The position numbers and the translations under genes were made by a program. DNA of 64,000 nucleotides from Phoronis australis (taxonomy: Eukaryota; Animalia; Phoronida), in contig NMRA01000470.1 in NCBI GenBank assembly GCA_002633005.1, positions 141,966 through 205,965 of the forward strand, written 5' to 3'. The notes under the pieces are model-generated. The model searched no databases and was not told the origin of the DNA. It worked only from the letters and a program-made list of their open reading frames with translations. Below, in pieces: positions 52,991 through 64,000 of the stretch (position 1 is the stretch's first letter; every line of letters begins with the position of its first letter).

Positions 52991-53789
52991 TTCAACCTTG
53001 CGTCAGGAGGCTATAGAGGGGACTCTCAATAAAGTCTTAGCTGTCTTGTTTTGTTTTGTTTTGTTTTGTTTTTGTCTACTGAAATTATGCCCAACTGCTG
53101 TTGAGTGAGCAAGTTTTTCTTTCTTGACAGTGAGGGGTTGGTGAACAATCCCATTTGTCCTAAAAATATTACCATTGTTACTATAAATGCCTGAAAATCT
53201 GCTCCTGTACGGTTCTTACCAGATACAGCCATTGGTGCAAAGGTTTTCTTTGGGGGCGAAATGTAGATACCCTTCCTCCCCTGGACAGCACTGGTTTGCC
53301 TACATCTCCCTAGCTTTCAGTTTTGCCCCTTTTTAACTGGGGGCCATGGTCGCTGTTCATTGCAAAACAATCATCCCCTAGTCGAAGCTCATTTGAATTT
53401 TGCGATTGGACACCCCTACACATTCCAAAGGGGCCCCATGTTGCCATTTATTTTAACCCAACATTTTTGCGGAGTTCATTATTTAACGCTACCAATGAGG
53501 TTGAAGGGCGTAGACGACTACAGAGGGCAAGAGTGGTGAACATTTGGCTCTAGGATAAACTAGGTGGTGACTGAGGGGAAATGTGTGCCAAAGAAGGGTG
53601 AGCACCCCCAGTCTACGGGCTTTCATTAATGAAAATCATCCTACGTCACCGGTTTGTCCGCAGCTGTATCTAAGTATCAGTTTTCTACAAACGGGCACAT
53701 TTTAAGACGCGCCCAGTGGGACAGTGAACAAAGATACACCTAGGCCTGGGCTTACAAGTGGGAGAACATATATGCATGGCTGGTTGAAC

Positions 53790-54144
53790 CACAGACCGTC
53801 AACTCCGTATACTTTCAATAGACGAATTGTGCTGTTCCGCACAACGTTACGTCATTATTCACTAGCGACACCTGGCCCAATTATCTAGTGTTATTTCCGG
53901 CAAGTACGTCGTTTGCTAATTTTTGGTCGGCTGTTCTGTGGCCGGGTGGTAGTAGCAGTGCTAAAAGTACTCAGGATACCAACAGTTCTACTATTTTAAG
54001 ATTTTGAACAACGTGTAAATGCCGAATTTCCCGTCACAATACAATAACCGGAAAATGAACCAGATAATTTAGGAGAGTGGCGCCGCCTCTAGGATAGTAC
54101 GGAAGAAAATGTCGGAGTTGCGAATCTGTTGTCTATAATCTGTG
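53790..54144. mobile_element. MITE with 7-bp TSD (P-element-like)
   Basis: GTTGAAC|CACAGA ... TCTGTG|GTTGAAC. Confidence 0.7.
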
Positions 54145-54879
54145 GTTGAACCGAATCCTAAAACTGTACCTAGACCCAGTGCCATAGAACATCGACACCA
54201 AACCCGTTAAGTTTTTCCCGGTGTATAAAGAACTTTTTGTCGCTAAGCTGATGTCTCCCGAATGTACACCTATGCACCAGACATGTCTACAAAAACTCAG
54301 GCAGGATCATAGTGATTGTCAACTACTTATCTAGTAACTTAACTCTCACGGTCATTGTAGACTATCGTGGAATACAGTTAAGATTCCTCAGTTTCAACTC
54401 AGGAGATATTTGGCTTACCTTATCAAACCCAACCATTTTCGTATCTCGCTCCTGTCTCTAGGAAACTGGTAAAACGATAATTCAGGGTTAGTAACCGATC
54501 TGTTCGAACAATTGACTACATAACAACTAGGCATCGTCTGCTGGCTTTATTGTAATTCCCGCAGCTGAACAACGAAATAAAAAATCACGTGACTCTGACG
54601 CCACCGCTAAACAACCAAATATTACCCGGAGTGCAGCCAACATGACCAATGCACCTACCTCGTTCATCCTACTTTCTCCGAAACATGTAATTCTCCACTC
54701 CAAATGTTACGCATGAATGTAGCGATCATATGTCGTCAAAGTTAAGCTTGGTTCGTTTCGATATATGAGATACAAATATTTGGTTTGAATTGATTTTTAC
54801 CCAAACTTAGGTCCACCAACTTCAATATGCACTCATAAAACGCTAGCAGATACCCTTGATCATATGCACTAAAAATTCT

Positions 54880-55625
54880 ACATGACTGGTTGACCAACGA
54901 AACGGAATGTGTAATAACTTAGATATGCGACTGATCAACAAAACTGAAGGTGGTAGTCACTAAGGTATGTGACCGATCCACTAAACTGAAGGTCGTGACC
55001 ACTACGATGGGTAACTGATCAACGAATCTGGATGTCAAAATTATCAAGTGGAAAGAAAGCTAGTGAGTTTGAGTTAGTTGTCTGACATTCAACATCCAAT
55101 ACCTGCCCCACCTGATGGTGAAACGACCAAAGAAAGAGAGAGCTACTGAGATGCAGTTAATTGGTTGGCATCCATCATCCACTAGCTGCCTCAACTGGTT
55201 GTGAATTCTTAAAACTCTCCAAAGGGAGATATAGAAAATGGGGAGAAGTTGGTTGACATCCAACATCCAATACCTGCCCCATTTAGTGATCAAACGAGCA
55301 AAGAAAGAGAGAGCTAATGAGGTGCAGTGGGCGGTAGACATTCAACATCCGATAGCTGCTCCACCTGGTGGTCAAAAGATTGAAAGATAGAAAGCGAGGT
55401 GTAGTACGTTAGTTGATTGATATCCAACATCCAATAGATGCCTAACTTGGCGGTCTAGAAACGGTAAAAAGCGAGAGACAGCAAATGAGGTGTAGTTAGT
55501 TGGTTGACATCCAACATCCAATAGCTGCTCCACCTGGTGGTCAAGAGCTAAAATGATCAAATGGACGGACAGCCAGTGAGTTTGAGTTATTCGTTGTCAT
55601 CCAAAAGGGAGAGAAAGCAAGTGAA
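54880..55625. repeat. Degenerate minisatellite: ~42-bp units followed by about six ~85-bp units
   Basis: Recurring gacat(t/c)caacatccaata..ccacctg at about 55084, 55167, 55255, 55338, 55419, 55506. Confidence 0.8.
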
Positions 55626-55639
55626 TTAAGAGATTTGAT

Positions 55640-56560
55640 AATTACACAACAATTAAGGCTTATCAAACCCTTACAGCGAATGAAATAACACAGGTTGAGG
55701 AACAATGGATTAGTTCTGTACAACACACCGTATTCCGAGAGGTAATTTAATCAACCGAACAATGGAAATGATGCTAAGAAGTCTTCATTTGTTCGGCAAC
55801 TGGTATCATTGAAACAAGAGTATACGCCACTCAGTGGCGGACATATTCATTATGCGAATTTACCTGATAATGTAAAATTCCCAATCTTGCTGTCGCCTTA
55901 ACTCAAAGTTACTGACCTCATAATAATGGTGTTCGCTGCTGTGACCTTCATGCGACAGCGTTCATGGATTCCTCAATTTAAACAAAGTGTTCTCGATGTC
56001 ACTTATCATGTGTCACTTGTCGGTGAGTTACAAGATTGTCTGATCTACCTCCACTAACGTCGTATAACATATATAATGCTGCTACATTTGAAATAACTTA
56101 TCATGGCCTTTCTGAACACGTTTGTGAGACAGCTGCAGCAACGAGATGCAAAAGAGCATGTTTGTTTTTTATTTGTGCAACCACTCGTGCCATCCATTTG
56201 GAATGTATCAGTCCGGTCATCTCAGCAAGCGTTGAGCTGTTTTGCTAGTCGTCGTCCCTTGTCGCGAATGATGCTGTGTGACAGTGGTTCAAATTTTCGC
56301 GGATCTGTTACGGAAACACAACAAGGGATGTTCAAAATTACCTAATTGAAACCTGGATTCACTGGGAATTCGTTACCCAGGGAGAACCATATGACAGGAA
56401 GGGCAATGTCGAAGAAATGCGTGCATCTACTCACCTGAAGCAAAATTACTATAGATAGGATAATATCATCTCTTATAGCCGATCCATTGACTCCATCACA
56501 CCTCATCTATGGACGTGAATTATATAGCTTTCAATATTTGAATGCGTTGATACTCTTTCA
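55640..56560 (+). mobile_element. BEL/Pao LTR retrotransposon integrase-region remnant
   Basis: WISSVQ, ANLPDNVKFPILL, CLFFICATTRAIHLE, FASRR..MLCDSGSNF, TPSHLI. Confidence 0.8.
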
Positions 56561-56629
56561 TCCAGATTGTAATACGTCCGCGGCTCGACAAAATGTATAA
56601 GAAGAGCCTTCACACACTACATAGTTTTA

Positions 56630-57594
56630 AAGTGTACGCAACATGACTCTAGTACCTCAAAATAAATTTTATTATTATATCTTACTTGATTTCAGTGCCT
56701 TTAGTGCACAGCTCATAAAGAAACACGTAAAAATTGAAAAAATTATAATTATGTTCAACGTCATGGGTTGAACCCAAGTCGTTTGGCACACTGTTCGGAT
56801 CAGCAACTAAGTGTATAGAGTGAAGTGAAAGTAAAGTATATTTAGCGTCGAGAAGGTTCGTCGAGGGGTGAAAAGATGTGTTTGCGGAGGCTACAGCAAC
56901 AGCAGTCAGACGGAGAACGTCTCGGTGTTCCGAAGGACGCCAAAGTTGCGCAGTAGTGTCATCGCTTCGTGCGCCGAACGAGAGTGTAGGACCTCAGCGT
57001 GGACCAAGAGATTCTGTCCGGGGCCACTCCGTGTTCTGGCCACTTTGAGGAGTCGTGTTTCGACTCCAATCAGAGGAGATGTTACGATGAAGGCCTGGTT
57101 CAATAAAGTACAATATTTACTATTCAGAAAAATCGGCTCTTATTCAGGATCGTCTGTTGGATGACTGGGTTGACTGGCCGAGCCCGAGGCCGCTTCTCTC
57201 GCGGGAGGATCCAGTTCGTATAAGGCCTCAAACTAGAAAAGTACGCAGCTGAAAACATATCAAACTCGTTCTCGCTTTCGTGCAACCCCATTTCGTCATC
57301 CTGGCCACCATTCTCGTACGTTTCTTCATAGTATTTGTTCATTTCTTGCTCATAATCGTTGTCGCTTTCAAATTCCCTACTCTCCACCGTTGTTCAATGC
57401 TAGTCGCTGATCCCTTGTGTTCAACCCATGATGTCACATGGCGGGAAATGTGAAAATTGGTAAAATTGAAAGAGAAATCAAAATTTCGAGCTAATGACAC
57501 AAAATAATCATGGATTTGGCTAAATTTTACGTCATACATTTAGTCTGTGGCCACCGGTAATTCGAAATGTGCAAAAATCCATGGTGTGTACTGT
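56630..57594 (+). mobile_element. Probable Kolobok deletion derivative (THAP start plus convergent acidic ORF start)
   Basis: TTAA flanks with imperfect TIR (agtgtacgcaacatg / catggtgtgtactgt); MKRCVCGGYSNS..VSVF at 56868; acidic ORF 57387..57124. Confidence 0.5.
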
Positions 57595-58059
57595 TTAAAG
57601 GACAATGGAAATATGTAACATTACATCGTTGCCTTGAACACTAGGAGGATTTAGGGGGGCCCAGGGGGCCGCCCCTCCCCCCCCCTCCCGTGGAAGATAG
57701 CAAGAACGTGAGGAAATATTGAGTTTACTAATTAACCATGGTAATGACGGAGCAGCCGAAAGAAGGTGTAGGGAGCGTCTGCTCGTTTTTTTATTTTTTA
57801 GCCGTGTGATCGAATTTCAGCAAGAAGGTCCACAAGGTAACCAAGCTATATCCATTAATTGGAAACACCCGAGTAATCATGGATTGTCCACCAGGTGGGT
57901 CATTGATTGTTAACTTTCTCCCAACTCACCAGCAGTCCTCTTATTTAATAATTTGACCATCAGGTGTTGCAAGAGTAACGTCTACACGTAACTAATTGGT
58001 TGAAGCCCATGTAAGATTCTGACATGTATGGATGACTACAGAGAGACATACAAGACGTT

Positions 58060-58250
58060 ACTGTTCAGCAGCTCAGCAACATACACGATCTATACTTGAC
58101 ATTTTGGGTAGGGAGAAGAACTGGTTCGAAAGAGACGTCAAGGACACCATCATAATTTAAGGCTTTTAATCCATCATTCAACAGGCACGGAGGTGACAGG
58201 TTTGCTCTGTCCAACGCTTATAACGGTACCACAGGTCGTATCTCGCGAGA
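58060..58250 (+). mobile_element. Penelope-like GIY-YIG C-terminal remnant
   Basis: ILGREENWFEK and PSFNRHGG..FALSNAY. Confidence 0.55.
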
Positions 58251-58709
58251 GCACATCGGGAAGCCCCACCTGTTCTAACATTCCGATCATTCAACCATTC
58301 CTCAAGGAGGACCGGGACAATCCCTTGAGTTTAAGCATTTTAGTCAGTCCAGTTGAACAGGTTTAGTTTCTTTGGTTTTGAAATAAGAGGTATCAAATGT
58401 TTTGTATTTCGCCACCTAAGTCACACACTAAGAAGCTGACTGTGCACAGTAAAAAAACTGCTAAATAATTTAGTTTAACAAATTGTTTGTGGACTCTTGA
58501 AGTTGAACATAGTTATGGGGACTGTTTATCAAACTATCTATTGTCTTGATTTTGGGATAAAACCAGTCTACGGATGGCTTAGCCTCTTTCACGAAATCAG
58601 ACTTAGGCTAAGGATATTAGTGAGAAGGTCTGTCAAAAATTTGTATCCTGCTCGGGAACAGTCTAAATGCCAAGGATAAATGCGTCTGTTAATTTCTTCG
58701 ATCTATGGT

Positions 58710-59054
58710 TAGTGGCGTTTATCGACAATGTGGTGTTTGGTGTTGACTGTGACATAAAGTATGGATAACAGCGAAATGTTCGCTCATCACAGATGACCAA
58801 CGATTAAAGCATTTCTCTATAGTTTGAGATACGAGTCAGTTTTTGACTGTTGGTAAAAAAACAGTTGTGGCTCATCATCTTTTTAAAATTTGTCTAAAGT
58901 TGCTCGCGTTATCGAGCACTAGGAGCGATAATCAATCTACCGACAGGACAATTAGTACATGATATAGTCTCCATTCATAATGCCAATCAGATTCCCTGAT
59001 TTCCAATGGTAAGAACGGAACCAGAAATTTGAAGAACGAACGAGAAATGGGGCT
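58710..59054 (-). pseudogene. Eroded Ig exon upstream of the intact array
   Basis: tttcag acceptor; fragments ETISCT, DSYLKL and DERTFRCY..NTTLSINA in the expected order; stops and frameshifts. Confidence 0.45.
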
Positions 59055-60345
59055 CTGAAAGTACAGGTATTGTTTGCTTTATTAGTACGTTACAAAAACG
59101 AATAAAATTAGGTTTTGAAATTGATATCGTGAGCATACTGCAGCAACTGTTCCGAATTAGGACACACCCATTTCTAAATGAAATTTTAAGTTCGTTGTTT
59201 TTCTAGTGGACGCACATCTTTAGGACAGAGAATTCATTTGCGTTTGAAACGCAACGCAGTTACATTCAGTAGCTCACTCTCAGGTCACAAATAGAAAATT
59301 TCTCCCAACCACGTATAAATCATTTCTTGTCCTTCCTTCCAATTTGTGAGTCCGTCATTCCCATCTGAGTGACCATATTTCCCATCGACAATTAATACGA
59401 GCTTCATCTTGAATAGATGATATTGTCGGAGGCACATTTCTCGAAGAGTTTATGTTTTTTCAGTGGCTTTAGGCTCTGTCCACACGAAAACAGCCCTGAT
59501 AGTACGGCTCTGTTTTCATTTGAAAACGAAAAGCTTTTCTTATCGGGAATGTCGACGTCAAAGAGATGAGCTTGAAGATCAGATCAAATGCAACTTACTT
59601 TCGAAAACTGAGAGGACGGGTTTAATCGGAATTTTCTTCAATTGATATAGAACGAAACAGACAAAAAACAACAACACCTCATTTAAATTTAGCATGTTAT
59701 GCAATTCCCGTTAATCAAACAATTCCTCAAAGAAGATTGGATACAAGTGTTCTCAGCCTTCTGTGATACATCTGTGACAAATCTTAGTCTACGGATGAAT
59801 GGGGCTTAGTGTTTTAAATGATAGAGAATTAAGACTTCCCTCGCGGTATTAATAAATCCTCAAAATTAACTTACGTGAAGCTGATATCAGCATAGAAACA
59901 ACTGCCAGAAATCCAGGTCTTTTCATCACAGATCTGTAAGCAAAACATCCACAATTTCATGAGCAAACGTAGGTTTTTATCATAATACCAGGATTTATGA
60001 AGAAGCACTGGCCATGTTGGAGATTCAGATTGGTTTACTGATTTCTTGCTGCTACTCCCTGTGGGCGTCGTGTACTTTGACACGCTGTTTTCTTTTGACA
60101 CGAAATAAGATTTAATCACACCATACGCAGAGTTGCAGTATTTCTTCAATTTGCCTGTTCATATTTTAAACAAACTTTCAACAGCTGTCTTTGAAATAGC
60201 CGCCCCATATTGAAATTCACTATTTTGCCAATCACGTTTTTGGTGGACAGGCGTTCAGTGCCACTTACAGATCCCATGTAATGCGGACGGAAGGTTTCAA
60301 TGTATTGGCATGAACTGTAGTTTTACACCTTTCCTGATATCATAA

Positions 60346-60510
60346 TGCCGGCAGTTTTTGCGGGCTTGTAAAGGCAAACGTCTTGAATTATCCATGGATA
60401 AAGGACATCATGTTCCATACATTTCCCACTGCGAAGAATCCGCGCCCCGTGAAGTCAGTGGCTGCGACTGATTCAAGAGGAAGAATTTCGGTCCCAGCTG
60501 CTTGTCACAA
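60346..60510 (+). mobile_element. THAP domain remnant
   Basis: MFHTFPTAKNP..QWLRLI..RKNFGPS across frameshifts. Confidence 0.55.
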
Positions 60511-61179
60511 AACTAAAACAAATAAGTGAACTTAACCTAATCAAATAATGGGAGGGAAAGAATGGGAAGGATTGACAATGGGATTTGTTTCTCTGTTTTT
60601 AATTTAATAGCGCACTACTTTGCAGAATGTCTGCCCACCAAATCCGAGTCGGGGCCAAACGTAAGTCGCTTTCTCGCTCTCATTACTCGGAGAGCGCCAA
60701 TATGAAAAATTTATTAGTGCAATCTGAGCTCAAACTATATACGTTTAGTTGTCATGCATATCCCAGTTGGATACCATATTAAATATTGGAACGTAAACGT
60801 TCACGTTGGCATGATGAAATTTATCTTCAGAAATGATACGGCGAATATAACTGCATGTACATCAAGTGCTTCAATCGTACCGGGGTACTACTTATCCAGC
60901 AGTGAGAATCAACTTTTTTTTTCTCTTTGCTCTTTATACCTCCATTAGCACTGATCACCTAGTAAAAACTGAGCAAATTTGTGTCTTCAATGAAATACGA
61001 GAATGATTACAGACCCCCGTCGATACGAAGAATAACGACGAGTGGGAAATTACTTCATCTACGCTAGTCGAAGGACCTTGAGCAATCAGTGTTTCGTTGT
61101 GAGGGCAATTGAACTGTTAAATCAAGTCAGTTTTGGCTAACATTCGGACAGGCTTTGTGCACATATTGTTTTTAACCAC

Positions 61180-61890
61180 AAGATCTTTAGTTTTATGGTT
61201 TTGGTAATATATAATTAACGAAAGGCTATCTTCTGGTTTAATGGTTTTAACATTATTATAGATGATCCGTTCATCTTTAATATAATGTGACTGGAATTAG
61301 TTGCGGTAGAATAGTTTCTTGGTACAACCACCTATTTGTTTTAAACGCGCAGGCTTCTGTAAGCGGCTTATGAAAAGCTTCCTATTCTCTTGTTACTGTA
61401 ACCGTTATTGATCATAGTTTGCTTGATGCGATTACACTCAATGTTAAAGGTTTCCCAATCAGAGCTACCAGAATATGCTCTTTTCAAAAAGCTCGTCAAA
61501 ACAGAGAGCTTATGTCTCAGAGGACATTGGCTGGCTTCATGTAAACAAACCCCATCATGTGTTGGTTCCCTGTATACTGAGGTTTAATGCCAAATTCATC
61601 ATAATTAACGAGTACGTTTAAGAACGGGAGCTTGTTGCTTACTGGTAATTCATGTGTGAATTTCAAAACAGAATTTTGTTCAAAAGCAAGTTTGAGCTCC
61701 ATCAGCTTACCATGGTTAACAATCATAAAAATATCGTCAACATATTTTCAGTACATGTTAGGCTTCTCTGGAAGACTATCAATAACGTTAAAAGTCAGCA
61801 AAAGTTGGTCCGAGAGGTGATCCCATGGATACACCTTTGGTTTGTATATATAGCATCAGTGGGGATATATTTCTTGACTTTGACATAGGG
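61180..61890 (-). mobile_element. Penelope-like reverse transcriptase remnant
   Basis: KYVDDIFMIV..FEQNSVLKFTHELPVSNKLPFLNVLV. Confidence 0.85.
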
Positions 61891-63202
61891 GTTGCTCAAA
61901 CTCGAAATTTTATCTTCGACAAGCGTAACAGTTAAAACACAACTGAAATCCGCCATGTTGACTGTTTAGCCTCCTTGAATTCAGAATATGCTGATTGTTT
62001 TGGAAATTCCGTCGCCAATTCACTACTCACAAGGACTGTTTAATGGGCTTCGGAAGTTTATGCAATACCAGTCTGAGGGAGGTGCCCGCAGGTTTTATTT
62101 GGATTTGGGACAGTTTGAACTTGGGCACATAGGCATGGAAAAGTTTTAGTGTCCGTATAACCTTTTTGTTCCATGTGGTTTAGAGTCATCGGGAAATTTG
62201 TCTGCCTGTGGTAAGAACGTTCAGGAATCTATGAGGGAAGATTATTATGCTAGTATTATCACTCTCAACGATTATTTCACCCTCACGCCGGGAATTTCTT
62301 CTGATTTATGACCGTTTCACACAATCTATGTCAACCTGTTTCGATGGATCTTCAGCTCCGTTTGAACTGATGTATTGGTTATCAGAGGGTGATACAGGCA
62401 GATTTTATTTGGATTAGAGAATATTGAAGTTCGGATGTCAGACTTGACAAAGTTTTTAGCGTCAAACCTTTATGTTTATTTTATACTTATAAGTGGACAT
62501 CGAAGATTCAAATGCTTTGGAGTCGGACAATCTATGAGGCAAGCAGTCAAAAGCCTTTGACTAGTATAACATGAAAGCAATCTTACAAAAACTATTCATA
62601 ACTAACAAAAGCAAAAACTGACGAAGAAAGCACTACAAAATAGCTTACCAGACAAATTCGTAAAACAACGAATAATTTCAGTGTTTCAAAAAGGTTATGG
62701 CTGAAATGTTTCGTGGGCTTTGCTTTTTCGCGTCACGAGCTAACATCGAATACCACGCGCAAGATAGCGAAACGGCGCGAGGAGCAACATTGTGCAAAAA
62801 TCGTCTCGTTCACAAGTCGAATCACCGAGAACTCTGTAGAGCCAAGGAGTGTAGTACACTCCTTGGTAGAGCTCAGTAACGCTAGGACGTCGCTGAAATC
62901 CAGTCAAAATCAAGGTTCTCATTTAAAATACACGGAAATATCTCGCGTAATCTCGTGAAGTCTTGCGTTTTAGCGAGATCCTAGCGTTACTAAACTCTAC
63001 CCTGATAAACAACATGCACTTACTTCGTAAGCCAACACTAGCGCAGTATCTTGATTAGATCCTGTCATGTTATCTCCGCATGTAAGGACTGTGCAATATT
63101 TCCAGACAAAAAACAACATCAGAGGGGTTTTGCAAAACGATGTCAACATCTAAAATTCCGCATCATACATGCCATTGTTGGCTGTGACGTAATCCCGATA
63201 AA

Positions 63203-63880
63203 TATGGCGAAGTCATTATCCCCCGTTATCTAGAGCCCGAGTGGATTTTGGAGAATTATCGCCCGATGGGCGTTAGCCCCGAGAGTGACAATTGTACAAA
63301 ATCCACGAGGGCTCTAGATAAGGGGGATAACGACTGAGAACATGTAATAATCTATTTATACCACATACTGAACGAGAAACATTGCAATGAATCGATCTAC
63401 CTTTCTCGACTCGCCTCGGCTTTGTAACTACTTTCTATGTCAGAGGCCCTTGGTCTGAGGTCGTGACCTTTTAAGAAAAGCCGAGCTATTTTTGTCAAAT
63501 AATGCTTTTACTCATTAAACTAATTGAAAATTTAAACAAAATAGAAATAAAGGGAATCTATAAATTATGGTTTAGCAACTATTATAGCTTACTACACATT
63601 TTATCACGCTAAGCTTCGACCGGGAAAATATCGTCTGCTAAAGTAGGTTACCAATAGTAACTGACTATAATGCTCAAGTAAAAGGATCCCGACGACACGA
63701 TACCCGTATTCAAATTGGAGATCGGTGATTTACAAGTGAGAGAACACGAGAGAAACATTTAACTGAATTAAAATGTCGTTTTATGGAAATTATGCATCTT
63801 ATTTTTCATGGCGTATAAATGTCGGTGCAATGCCCTTTGCTGAACATGCGATTGTTGCGCGTGCTCATTTAAGTATTCTA
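63203..63880. mobile_element. Second, truncated copy of the hairpin-TIR element at 48995-50121
   Basis: One TIR with its hairpin plus the core, in opposite orientation to the first copy. Confidence 0.85.
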
Positions 63881-63894
63881 TTTTCACGTTCGAT

Positions 63895-63965
63895 GACGTC
63901 AGCCGCTGAGTCGGCGACTCGAAACTCTTGAGACTCGGGTTCGAATCCGGCCTCGGTTTCCCGCC
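63895..63965 (+). repeat. Possible tRNA-derived SINE head
   Basis: Pol III B box GGTTCGAATCC at about 63938; no complete cloverleaf. Confidence 0.35.
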
Positions 63966-64000
63966 AAAATGTTATCTCACTAGTGAGATAACGTTATGGG

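Noticed and set aside
55050-55625. CRISPR-like array
   Set aside because: Eukaryotic context, whole units are homologous with no unique spacers, and no cas genes
63895-63965. tRNA gene
   Set aside because: Only a B box or T arm is recognisable; no acceptor or anticodon stems. The same holds for the B-box-like site at about 52640.

Overview
Repeat-rich eukaryotic DNA, most likely from an invertebrate animal, with a 107-nt N gap and several single-N joins. The main content is an internal part of one large spliced gene on the minus strand. Sixteen intact exons of 264-357 nt lie between 47678 and 8656. Each encodes one Ig-like domain resembling the CD80-like C2-set (nephrin/Kirre/sidestep type), and each is bounded by phase-1 AG/GT splice sites. 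Joined, they give 5154 nt (1718 codons) with no stop. Several eroded exons of apparently the same kind lie among and beyond them (about 280-569, 6672-6947, 13149-13542, 58710-59054). I found no convincing signal-peptide, transmembrane or terminal exon in the window. The introns hold many decayed transposons: Harbinger with a nested CAC...GTG element, Crypton-like, Helentron/HINE, AcademX, Kolobok, THAP-hAT, ISL2EU/Harbinger, RNase H LINEs, CR1/L2, Penelope, BEL/Pao and MITEs. A second notable signal is a family of hairpin-ended elements whose stems conserve tandem G.A mismatches that can form on only one strand. All family assignments come from motifs recognised by eye, not from database searches.
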